From positions 9,300,001 through 9,364,000 of the forward strand of contig OZ004610.1 of assembly GCA_963924565.1 (NCBI GenBank): DNA of 64,000 bases. The letters are read 5' to 3'. The position numbers were made by a program, and so were the translations under genes. The stretch comes from Ascidiella aspersa. Its lineage: Eukaryota. The notes beneath the pieces are model-generated. The model searched no databases and had not been told where the DNA came from. It saw only the letters and a program-made list of their open reading frames with translations. Within the stretch, counting starts at the first letter, position 1. Every line of letters begins with the position of its first letter. This document shows, piece after piece, positions 28,001 to 38,300 of the stretch.

Positions 28001-30478
28001 ACAATGCTGTAGTATTGGATTGTTTGGTTTTTAAAGACTGTAATCGGGTTTTGAAGTAATATTTAGCTACTCTTTTATAGTCCGCAGGCCGACCGCCACC
28101 CTGTAACTGACCGTTTTAACAACATTTGGAATTGCTTTTCTTAAAAGCCTTTACTTTTTAAGTACTTTTTTTCTTGCAATAATTATGTACCTTTTACAAA
28201 AAAGCTTTACTTATTTTAGTTCCTAACTGTTTTAGGAAACATCGCATTCATAAAAACGCAATATCACAAACCCCCTGTGATTTTAAACAATCTATAAGGA
28301 CGAGATGAAGTATTTATCGGAGAGTTTTTTTTTAGCTATTGCGGTTATGGCTGCACCCTAGCCAAGGGTTACTCAACCGTGGCTCACGGGAAGTCGATAA
28401 CCACTGCCCTGGCTCAAACGACCAAAATCGAAAACAAACAATGTCAACCCTCCACACACGTATAGTAATAACAGCAGTCAGCTGAAAGAGCTTTTATAAT
28501 TGTTCTGAACTTCCGTGCAGCCTGCTGCTTCGCTACTGGGTGAACGTACTCAAGAACCCCGAGTTCCTTTTCGACACAAACAAGACGGCGATCGTGGACA
28601 GCTGCCTGAACGTTATAACCCAGGCCTTCATGGACGCCTGCACCACCACTCACCGCAAGCTGGGTCACGTGAGTCGCTCTTTCCTTGCGTGTTTTGCACT
28701 TGGTCAAGCCGCCGTCTCTGCTTTTTTAACGCTTTGTGAACGAACTAAGCAAATTGTGTTTTAAACGCCTTTTTTTCTGAAGGTTTATTAAGGAACGCTT
28801 TTCGCAAAATAAAATGATCAAAGTGACTTTCCGATTAAACTAATGAGGTTGAGTTATATTTGACTTGCCAAGTTTGAGGCGAAACCTTTGATTTTTGACT
28901 ATCTTAAGTAATTTATTCTATTTGTGCAGGATTCTCCCTCCAACAAACTGCTGTACGCCAAAGACGCCGAAACCTACAAAGTAATGGTCAAAGAGTAAGT
29001 CTCTTTAAACACTTGTAGTACCACTTTTAAATTTAAACTGAAGCAATGAATCACAATTCCTGTTGTTTATAGGTTCTTCGTTAATGTTTCAAACACAGAG
29101 AAGCTTGGTGAAGAAGACATGAACGCCATATTGCGTGAACGATCAAAGGTAAAATTAATAGCACAGTCACGACTGAATGGTATTATATTTGTTTCCATAT
29201 CCGCCTTGCGTCGATTATTACAACGGTGTGGGTCGCATCGCAATCGGTGACTCATAATTACAATCATTTCAAGTCTCGTGGCTGGTCTGTGCGTTTGGTA
29301 AAACTCACTTCGGAGACTTCTGAACATGAATACAATATAGATTAGTCACAAAATCGAAAAAAAGTGTGCGTTTTACTATTTTTTCTACCTATCCAACGGT
29401 AGTATTTCAAACGGTATTAAATATTTCAAGCTCTTTAGGCTGTCTGCCCCTTTTATGATGCCCGAAAGGTGTGCACTGTACAGCACACCCTAGTGATCTC
29501 ATCTATTGAACTAAGGAACTATAAATAGTCCATGGTGACCTATTGATTGTGTTGACAACATAATTTTGTGGTAACTATTCCTTCTAGACAGCAACTATTC
29601 TTCCTGTTACCTTTCATGTTTATTTTTGCAATACAGAAGTACGGAAATCAGCTGAACGAGCAAGCGGCCGCGCAACTTCTGGCGTCCCACCTTCTCAAGT
29701 ATCGCGAGCAGGTTAGAGATTCAATTGATTTTAGTTTCCTGATCCACTTTAACTTTGCTTCAGAACGCTGTTAAATGACGATTTTACACCACAATACAAT
29801 GTTAAGTATATCTTTCGAATACATGTGCTCCGTCAGACTAGATTCTATGACGTAATGGCAGTATTGTAATGACTTAAGTCTCTTGGGCAAAATGACTTAA
29901 CTTGACTTAAGTCTTTTAGACAAATGACTTGACTTGACTTGGCTTAAGTCTTTAAGACAAATGACTTCAGTTGAAATTAAGTGTTTTCATTAAGCATTAT
30001 TTAAAATTGGGTTATTATCCTATTTTTTGCACATAAAACAAATTTCTCTCTATTTGGTATTGTTTAGCTAAGACTTTGCTCATAATAGGACCAATTTACC
30101 CAATTTGAATAGCTTAACATGTTTAACCGCCTGCATATTTACTCTAAACGCCACCTTGTAAAAATGGCGTCGCTCTAAGTCACTTAAATGTCAACATTGA
30201 CAATTATGTCGTTTTACAACGTTCCACGTGCTTTGCAGGTTGTGGACGGTTTCAAGCCCTAGTTAACTGCCCGCATACTCACTCAAATCACCACAATGTA
30301 AAAATGTGCTGGTCGCCAAGTCGTTTTTTTGCATTGACAATTCGTCGTTTTTAATGTTCCACATGCCTTGCAGGTTGTGGACGGTTTGCGAGACAGCGGC
30401 AAAGATTCCTACGCCAAGGCAATCGAGTCGATCTGTCAGCGACTGGGCGAACGGAGCTCGATCACCACCGTTGTGTGA
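1001..30478 (+). CDS. Plexin, class-B-like; 3' portion only (sema/PSI exons lie upstream of the window)
   Basis: Phase-consistent GT-AG exons: 1001-1149, 1985-2090, 4169-4302, 6261-6422, 8050-8134, 9649-9742, 12218-12411, 13619-13798, 14502-14730, 15861-16000, 17368-17498, 18204-18263, 18331-18402, 18911-18980, 19386-19532, 20704-20872, 21800-21909, 22833-22884, [24214-24336 optional], 25442-25497, 26424-26570, 27737-27894, 28521-28668, 28930-28994, 29073-29148, 29637-29711, 30374-30478 (TGA). Motifs: IPT 'VYPLSGPVNGGTKLTIEGSNLG'; TM 'LPLIIAIPVVVVLILVIVLLLV-RHRRR'; GAP 'KNPKLLLRRSESVVEKM', '[26 protein letters not shown]' and 'DSPSNKLLYAKD'; RBD 'VDTITQAKTKVIEAVYK...KINTLKHYNVPND'; C-terminus ...SSITTVV*. 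Confidence 0.95.
7628..7928. mobile_element. Degenerate hAT-type MITE, ~300 bp
   Basis: Ends CAGGGTTTTTGAC ... GTTAAGAACACATG, flanks CCCTACAG / CCCTACTA (6/8 match). Confidence 0.45.
8770..9590. repeat. Local direct duplication of ~130 bp (8770-8915 and 9452-9585)
   Basis: AAACCTGTTTCGCTAACGAT...GCGCCATTGGTTCA.CTATGT...TTTACTACACA present twice in one intron. Confidence 0.75.
10400..10735. repeat. Tandem repeat, 111-bp unit, ~3 copies
   Basis: GATTGGCCAGTTTGC recurs at 10444, 10555 and 10666. Explains the repetitive ORFs 10430..10783 and 10446..10769. Confidence 0.9.
12452..12999. mobile_element. Non-autonomous hAT-type element (MITE), 548 bp
   Basis: Perfect 15-bp TIRs CAGGGATGGCGAACC / GGTTCGCCATCCCTG. 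Perfect 8-bp target-site duplication ATATAAAC at 12444-12451 and 13000-13007. Confidence 0.9.
14757..15155. repeat. Three diverged copies of an ~80-bp unit
   Basis: TGCTTTAAAC.CC.GG....GA.ATTGC.AGCG.TAAA...AAAATGCCATTTT at ~14770, ~14905 and ~15085. Confidence 0.7.
17529..17853. mobile_element. Degenerate hAT-type MITE, ~325 bp
   Basis: Imperfect TIRs CAGGCGTGGACAA / TTGCCAACCCCTG, flanks GTCTAACT / GTCTAACA (7/8 TSD), and subterminal GCGGGCC motifs. Confidence 0.7.
24214..24336 (+). CDS. Candidate 123-nt cassette exon of plexin (41-aa Ser/Pro-rich insert after the RBD)
   Basis: GC-rich island in an AT-rich intron, bounded by AAG acceptor and G|GTCCGT donor. Phase 1-1, length divisible by 3, open in the plexin frame: DDERDRGSFAQFLERGFSFDVHLPPTSPRSPSVQDSSVFFA. 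Confidence 0.6.
24962..25092. repeat. Dispersed repeat family built of AAGTC/GACTT units (also ~29868-30000, ~46712-46790, ~56255-56375)
   Basis: Recurrent AATGACTTAAGTC and AAGTCAAGTCATT palindromic units. The copies near 29975 and 56350 share the flank AATTAAGTGTTTTCA..TAA.CATTAT. Confidence 0.7.
25773..25789. mobile_element. hAT-MITE-type right end AAGGTTGGGAACCCCTG (also 33652-33668; related end near 46078-46095)
   Basis: Identical 17-mer in two different genes, resembling the TIRs of the complete elements above. Matching left ends not confidently found. Confidence 0.5.
26747..26868. mobile_element. 122-bp foldback/MITE with ~35-bp inverted repeats; partial copy at ~39225-39300
   Basis: AATAAGAATATAAAAGCCCATACAAAAGTAGGTAT ... 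ATACCTACTTCTGTATGGGCTTTGATATTCTTATT (2 mismatches). The left arm plus the internal TTTTGAACGTTTCGAA..CTCTTTATTCATTTTCAACAT recurs in an intron of oxidase A. Confidence 0.75.
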
Positions 30479-30770
30479 CGTCACACTCTGCTGGACACTG
30501 GTCAGAGGTCGGCGGCGGGATCAAGCTACTCAGGGATGCGCACTCTTGGCGAAATCGCCACGGTCCCTCTGTCCGAACGGGTAAAAAATGTGCGAGGGAT
30601 TGTACGCTGTACTGTTTCACGACGTTTTACGTACTTTGCATTGCTTTTTTATGATTTTAACCACAAAGTTTCAAAAGAGTAAACAAAGCAAGATGTTGCG
30701 GTGTTTAAAAAGATTGCAGAATCGATGTTTTGGGTAACATAGACAAATTTCAAATAGAAATATACATAAT

Positions 30771-30846
30771 AATAAACCATCTAAAAAACTGTGTTTTGAA
30801 TTCTATGTTAAAACAAATAAGCTTACATTTTAAGCTTTCCAATAAA
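30771..30846 (+). terminator. Candidate plexin polyadenylation signals
   Basis: AATAAA at 30771-30776 and 30841-30846, 300-370 nt after the stop. The AT-rich context weakens the evidence. Confidence 0.35.
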
Positions 30847-32327
30847 CTTACATAAGAGTTTTTTGGGGGTCTTATAAATCGTCACTGTGCTTTGTAGGGA
30901 AATAGTAAGGTTTTTAATTCTCTGCACAGTTGTCATTGGTATATCTTAGAAGGTAGGGAATAACCCCCTGGGCTATGCAGAAAAAGTCTGAAGTTGAAAA
31001 ATACAGTTAATCATCGATCGTTGTATTTTAAATATTATAGTGTGTGTTTTTAATCGTTAAAAATACGTTTGTTTATTTTTCGTTAACGAAATCGTGAAAA
31101 GTGTTTTTGTGTCGTTTGGCATTTTAAGTATAAACCCTGACGAACGATGTCTGACAACGTCCGCATTTTTGTATCATTGTTTAAATACGTTTTGTTTGTA
31201 ATCGTGAGATTCCTGATTTTGCAATATATAGTTACCACACGAAAATCGTTTGCATTTTATACGCCTTTCCACGCTGCCTATTACATCTGCAGACTGTCAT
31301 GTCGCGTTGTTTTTCTGTTCCAAATAAAAATACCCTCCTAAACCGAAGGCGGCAAGTTGTTTTTTGGAGAGAGCTTCGTCTAAGTTTGGCGAATTCGTAA
31401 TCAATTTTAAATTCTTTAGCTGATGATGCTTGTATAGATAGCAAAAAGTTGTGAATCACAACCAGTTGTTACGTTGGCAGCCGTGTGTTCCGAATTTATT
31501 TCTAACGGATTCAATTAATTACTATGGTAAGTTCTTTAGTAAATTTTGCAGCTGTTTTAAGCTTTTACTTGGATTTTTATTTCTATAGGCCTATTAGCTA
31601 AAATAGCGTTTTATCTGGTGCCGCATGTTAAAGCTAAATAATAATTTAAAGTCTTTTCTGTAGTGTTGTAAAGAAGCGTTCAAACTTTTCTGAAGATTGC
31701 TGAAAGCAAATCAATCAGCAACTGGCACTTGACTGAGGTTTCTATTTTTTCACTGTTGCGTAAGTCTGAAATTCGACCTGAAACAACCTGATTTGCGCTA
31801 ATGATCCAGTTTATAGCCAATGCTTCAAGCAAGAGCTAACTCAGAATAAGCGCATACCTTGTTGAAAAGTGTTGTGTCACGATGCAGAGTTTCAGACGAT
31901 GGTTTATTGCGGATCTGCGTTTTCTAAAGGGGGGCAGGTACAACTAAAAAGCACTTAGTTTCCGTTTCATCTTAAATTTATTTTCTGCTGACAAACTGCT
32001 TGCGAAGCGTTTTCAGCTTGCGTCACGGTCTTTACATGCGCGATCAACCTTTGAAGAGACACTGAAATCGAGGCCACAAAAGTCGGTTTTCGAGGATTGC
32101 CGCAACAGTTGAGCTACTGGGCAGAACAGCATGCGGGCCGCGCAAGTTAAAAAGTGTTGTCCACTTCTAAGCGCGATGTATTTATTATTTCTGAGTGATA
32201 GAATTTTCTGTTGAATTTATATTTTCAAGCAGTGTAATTCCGTTTGGTTGAATTCATTTTTGTCACGTAACCAATCTCTCTGTTTGTCTATTTTAATGCG
32301 ACAGCAGATTAACTTCGGCTGTGCAAA

Positions 32328-35300
32328 ATGGGACATCTTGCAAAATTTCTGGTAGCTGCCATCATAGTCGGAGCCCTTGCCAATTACTGCGAGGCCAAGG
32401 ACAGGATTTACTATCTTGCAATCAAAGAAATTATTTGGGATTACGCGCCTTCTGGATTGAACGTGTACACTGGCAATAAGCTGGACTACGAAAAGTAAGT
32501 GTTTTTTCGACGCCCAACAGACTGCAAAAGTTGTGAAGGAATATATACATTTTGTGCGATTGACAATTAATTTATCTATTTTCATTTATAGCAATTTGTA
32601 TATCGCCCGTAGATTCGCTATGCCATTGCTTAAATAGCAGAAATCTCCAACGAAAGCATAAGGGCAATACTACAATAATGGCGAGTAAGAAAATTTATAT
32701 TAAAACTTAGCAAAAACTTAAAATGGGAAAATAGAATATTATGTAACAAAACTTCTAAAAAAATAAGAACGACGTTTTTTTTGAAAAAAAACTTTACATT
32801 GTCGTTATCTTGTTTGTTGTATAACAGGATTGCTAGAATCTACAGCAACATGTACATTGGGAAGAAATACAAGAAGGCCGTATATCGGCGCTATACCGAC
32901 AACACGTTCACCACAGAAATTCCGCACGACCCCAATCTGGGATATATGGGGCCGACCATTAGAGCTGAGGTGGGACAAGTGCTTTTATTTTATCGTTGTA
33001 AAAGTTGACTTTTAATAATTGCGGTGTTGTGGCTCTTGGTGAGCTTGTTTATTCTCGAGATGCGCCGTAGAATGTCTTCACACTCAAATGAATTGTAAAA
33101 TTTAACACACTTTATAAAACATTTTTAGTGTATCTGAATTCGCCCCTAAAACAATTGCCTGAAAGCATTACAGTTGGTTTTACTATAAAGTAGCCACAGT
33201 TCCGCCGCGCCGTAAAAATGATAATTTGTCGAACTGAAATATAACAAGAAAAAAAGGCATAACGTTCTACTAGTTTTGCCAGTGAAACAAGCGTTTAAAT
33301 TTCAAAAGTTGTGCTTGTGTCTATTTTACTTTTGTTTCGTAGGTCTACCAATATTTTATTAGGGTTGAGTTGCTATTAATTTATACAAAAACCTATTTGA
33401 TTATTACTTGTGGAAAATGAAATATGCATAGTTATATTTCAAAACCCAGGCGATACCGCTTGCGAAAAGCGCATGTACTTTTATATACATTTTACTGCAA
33501 AGGGTTGTCATCGTTTTTTTTTCAAGAAACAAACAAACAAACATCGATCGTTTATTCCTCTTAATGCTAACGTTTGTAATATTACTGACCAATGCGCAAA
33601 ACACTTTATTTCCCCCGATATAAACATAAACGAAAGAGCCACAGTGTAAAAAAGGTTGGGAACCCCTGCTCCAAGGTATACTTTATATGTCAAAATCGAT
33701 CAGCATATATGCCCTCACGGTCCATTCGTGGCAAGTCGGCGACCAAATCCTAGTCCATGTCCATATTTTTAAGACGCAGTATATAAACCCGCAAGCCACT
33801 CAACCTCATGGCATCTGACCGATCCGCCTTTTGTGAGCGCGATAAGCCGTAATTTAGCGTATTTCTTAGACAAAGTACTCCCAAAAGGCTAAGGTAACGC
33901 CAGGTCGTTTTTACCATTCATTTTGCGCAGGTTGGCGACCGAATCCTAGTCCACCTTTTCAACAACGCGTCACGCAACTTTACCGTACATCCGCATGGAG
34001 TATTCTACACGAAGGCAAACGAGGGCGCCCGCTACTTCGACAACGACACGCAGCACCTGGACGATGGTGTTCCGCCGGGTGGCCGCTACACCTACGAGTG
34101 GGAAGTGCTTGAAGCGTAAGTACCGACTGCTCTGATTTGTACTGTCACGGGTTAACTGTTTACTGATTTGTGCTCGCTTTGTAATTTATCGCTGTGACTA
34201 CGACAACGCTTTGCCTTCCCTAATGGTGTTTAAGTACACGGTAAAACCAGTTAAAAGTCATAAAACTTATTGCGCTGCGAAGCAATAATCTACCAGCATA
34301 GCAAGTTCGAAGGGCCAGTCTGTTATTATTAGTTGCTATTTATTCCGCTTCATAATTTAATATCGCGGCAACAGTTTGCACACCTTTTCGATGCGCCGTA
34401 TGATTCGGTTTCGCGAGTATTTTATTTTAGTCGAAACATGCATAGGATGACAATGACGTATGTAGGAGTAATGAAAGACCCTTACAAACACCGCATTGTA
34501 TGCATGTCTTTTTGTAATAGGCCTACATATATAGTTGTGTCCCAAATTACACAGCTATAGAACCTTTATAAAACATCTGGAGTCTATGGTCAGGTCCAAT
34601 ATAGTTCCATGTGGGTAAAGGCCCGGAATCTTGGTAGTCACAAATTGAAATTACACTCACTCATGGGGCTTGGGTCGAAATCAGGTTCATATTAGTCACT
34701 CTTTAGTCTATGCTTATATAACGTCGTTGAAAAGCTCATATGCCACTTTTTGTGTGAAGTGATGTTCTTTAAATGCTTTACCGTCTTACTAAGTACATCT
34801 TAAAGCTTTAATTCCAAATTAGAGTAAGTTCATTTTTCGTATTTTAGTGCTAAGTAATGCTTGTTGCGCGATCCACGTAGTTTTAAGCCTTTAAAAAAGA
34901 GTTTTACAAACAAACACAAATAACAAGTGCGCCATCCTAATAACTTATTTTGTTGGAAACTGAAAGGAGTAAAATTCTAAGTTTACCGCGGAAATTTCCT
35001 GCGTATAGGTGTCGACAGCAATACAGAATATCTTCGAAAAAACATCTATCGTCACGATGTTATTAACAAGGTTCCCATCAACCGAAGAAATTTTGATAAA
35101 ATTCCAACATTTCGGTGAATCCCTCTGTCTAGCTCTCATTCCTTATAAATACTCTCATTCCATACAAAAATTACCGCCGGTTTGGGTAAAAAAAATTGTA
35201 TTCCCGAGATAACCACCTTCCCCCTAAAATTGATTGATGTCTGGCCCAGTTCGTTTAACGTCTAAATTTTTAACATTTTTTAACGCTTGGTCGTCTTTTT

Positions 35301-38300
35301 AGGTTCGTACAGGACTGTAAAACTACGTAACTATTTTTATCCACTGTAAACTTATGAGTAGGCTACCCAGTTGACAACTATTCAATAAAATGGTGGTATT
35401 CTAAAACCAATTAAATATTATCAAATGCAGATACGGCCCGGCAAAAGATGACCCTAACTGCATGACCTGGGCCTACCATTCGCACACGCATTCACCAGTC
35501 GACATCAACTCAGGCCTAATCGGTGCATTGCTAGTCTGCAGAAAAGGTATATATAGTCAAAGAGAGATATTTCGTCGATTTAGTTTTAAGATTAAAGGTA
35601 GGACGTAATTTAGGTATGTTGTTCGGAGGAACCGAAATAGGCCTCTTTGTTGAAATTTTCTAAAAATGTATTTTTTTTTAATTTTCGGTAATGTAGTGTT
35701 TTAAGTGAATGAGTAAGTTTGTCGAAAGTCCTAACTTTTGAGAAAAAATATACGCTGCTTATCAATTTAATTTTTTGACGACCCTGTGGTTACTTTTCCG
35801 AAGTACGGGAAAACACTTATTTTATTGTTTTCCACAAAATGTGCCTTGAATTCTGAGAAAAAATAAGGTTGAGTCGCAATCCTACATGTTACGGTGTTTT
35901 GGTATTGCGCAACGCACAAGCACGGTAGATTCTCGTCGAAGCGACACAGATTAAACATTTGGTAAACAATTCTGGCTCCTGGAGTGTTGTTGTCACGCAT
36001 GATTGCAATTCGGCCAACAGGCACTTACAACGACGACGAAACGCGAACGGACGTCGATCACGAGTTTGTCGCCATGTTCTTCATTGCACACGAGCGTGAA
36101 ACCTGGTACTTCTGGGAGAACTTGGACGTAAGTTGCGCAAATTTGTTCAGCTCAAAGTTTAATACAAACGGCTTCACAGCCTTTGAATGAAAACCGAGTC
36201 ACATAGAAAGCGTACTTTGATATTTTAAGCTGGTCATATTTTACTAATTATTCAACCTTATGACTAAAACTTGGTAGCCTTAAGCACATCTCTCTTAAAA
36301 CTGCTAGTTGGACATTCTGATGAAGTCCAAGGTGTGGATAAAATCAAACACAGCTGACCAGCGTTTGTTAAAAAATAATTTTACTTCTGGCCCAATATAT
36401 CTAAAACAAAAACCCTCAATTCGTTTGTCGTTTACCAGTCACAAAAGGTCGATAGCGGTTTATGCCCAAGGTTGTTTTTGTTCCGTTGCGAAAAGAAGTA
36501 AACTTGTTAATCTAACACAGTTCTTCAAACAGCCTCAACCTCTTTGTTGCTTTTGCACAGCTATTCATGCCGAACCAAACGGTGGACATCAAGGAGAAGT
36601 ACTTCAAGAAGGGTAACAAAATGCACGCGGTTAACGGCTACATGTACAGCAACACGCCAGGCTACCAGGTGTGCCAGGGCGACACCATCAGCTGGCAGAT
36701 GATCGGTATGGGCTCCAACCGGGACCTGCACCCCATCCATTTCCAAGGACAAACGGTAGCCTACTGGGTTTAATGCGAGTAGATATGAGCATCATTCTAA
36801 GATAATTACCTTTGCAAAAATAATTTTAAATCTGAAGTATTGCGATCCGTCTCGATATCGGAGCTTGAAAACTAGACCTAAAAACCAAACAAAAATTTCA
36901 CACCATTAAAAGCGCTATTCAATGTTACAAAATAAAATCATTAAGATAATGTAAGCAAAATCATTTAGTTTAACGTTTTTTAACCAAGTAGTGTTTAAGA
37001 CAATGCGGCTGCGTCTTTCGATAAAAATATAGTACCGTAATCGAGAAAAGGACCCATAAACTGTATTTAGTAATTTCGCTCAAAACAGTCGTTTAAAAGA
37101 TGCCATTGCAAAAGGCAAGTAAGTATATCACAGTGTCGCAATAGAGGAAGCAAAACGTTAAGACAAGCGGCAATATTGATGTATTTTTTCCACAGCTGCT
37201 GCGTCACCATCATCGAAAAGACTCCTTCATTTTGATCCCGGCCACGCTAGTGACGTCAACAATGAAGGCGGACAATCCAGGACGATGGATGATCGCTTGC
37301 CAACTGTACAGTCATTTCACCGGTAAGTTGTCATCCTACTAAAACTGTGTTTTTACATTTTATACAAGAGGCAGCAAAGTTACCAAGTTAAATTACGAAT
37401 CACTTGACCACAATGGCGTAGGTTGATGACAAGTAAAAACTAGGGAAAAGCACAGATATTGATGTGGAAACTTGTAAAAATGTTGGAAATTAAGAAATTT
37501 CATTTTAAGATATCTATTACGTATGGCACAAAAGCTGTTAGATTTTAGTGATCTAAAACAGTTTTGTAACTTATATCACGTGCAGGAACTTGACTAAAAA
37601 CTGGAATTAAATCTTCCAAGGCGCGACGCGTTCATATCGTGTGCCTATAGGTTAAGGTCCGATTGGAGTGCTATCCCATTTTTTTTTTTTGGGGGGGGGG
37701 GACTTTCCTTAACAAAACTGTCAACGGTATATCGGTGCTGGATTATAAATCCAATTCCTATTACCGCCCAAGCTCGACATTAAACGCTTTTGCCGCTATA
37801 CGCTGCCCAACATTTTACATCGATAACATACCAATCTGTTCGTTGTTTGCCAGAGGGCATGACCGCCTTGCTTGAAGTGGACGCAACATGCCGCAAGCCT
37901 TCCTCGCCCCTCCCTTCCGACAGCTTGACCGGCGAGACGAGGAGGTACTACGTGGCAGCGGAGGAGGTGCTGTGGGATTACGGACCAAGCGGTCTCAACA
38001 CCGTTACTGGGGAACCACTGGACCTTCCCGGAACGTGAGTCTGGCGCTTAATACGATTAGGGTAATTTCGGACGCCTTTAGTTGCAGTTATATTGCCCTG
38101 AAGAAGATTGCCCGAATAGGTGGTCGAAACGTTGGCACTTTAACCAAATTTTGCCGGAAGAACCATATTGTACAATTGAAACAATGCCTGGCAGCAACAG
38201 CATACTCATAAAATGTATTTATATTTCTACTTTTTAAATGTTTGGTTCTGAGCTTGGTTTGAGCGTCAATGTTCCAGCTTACCTAAATTCAATCAAACGT

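Noticed and set aside
32220-32245. Iron-responsive element (CAGTGT) upstream of oxidase A
   Set aside because: No complementary 5-bp stem or bulged C, and it probably lies in an intron.
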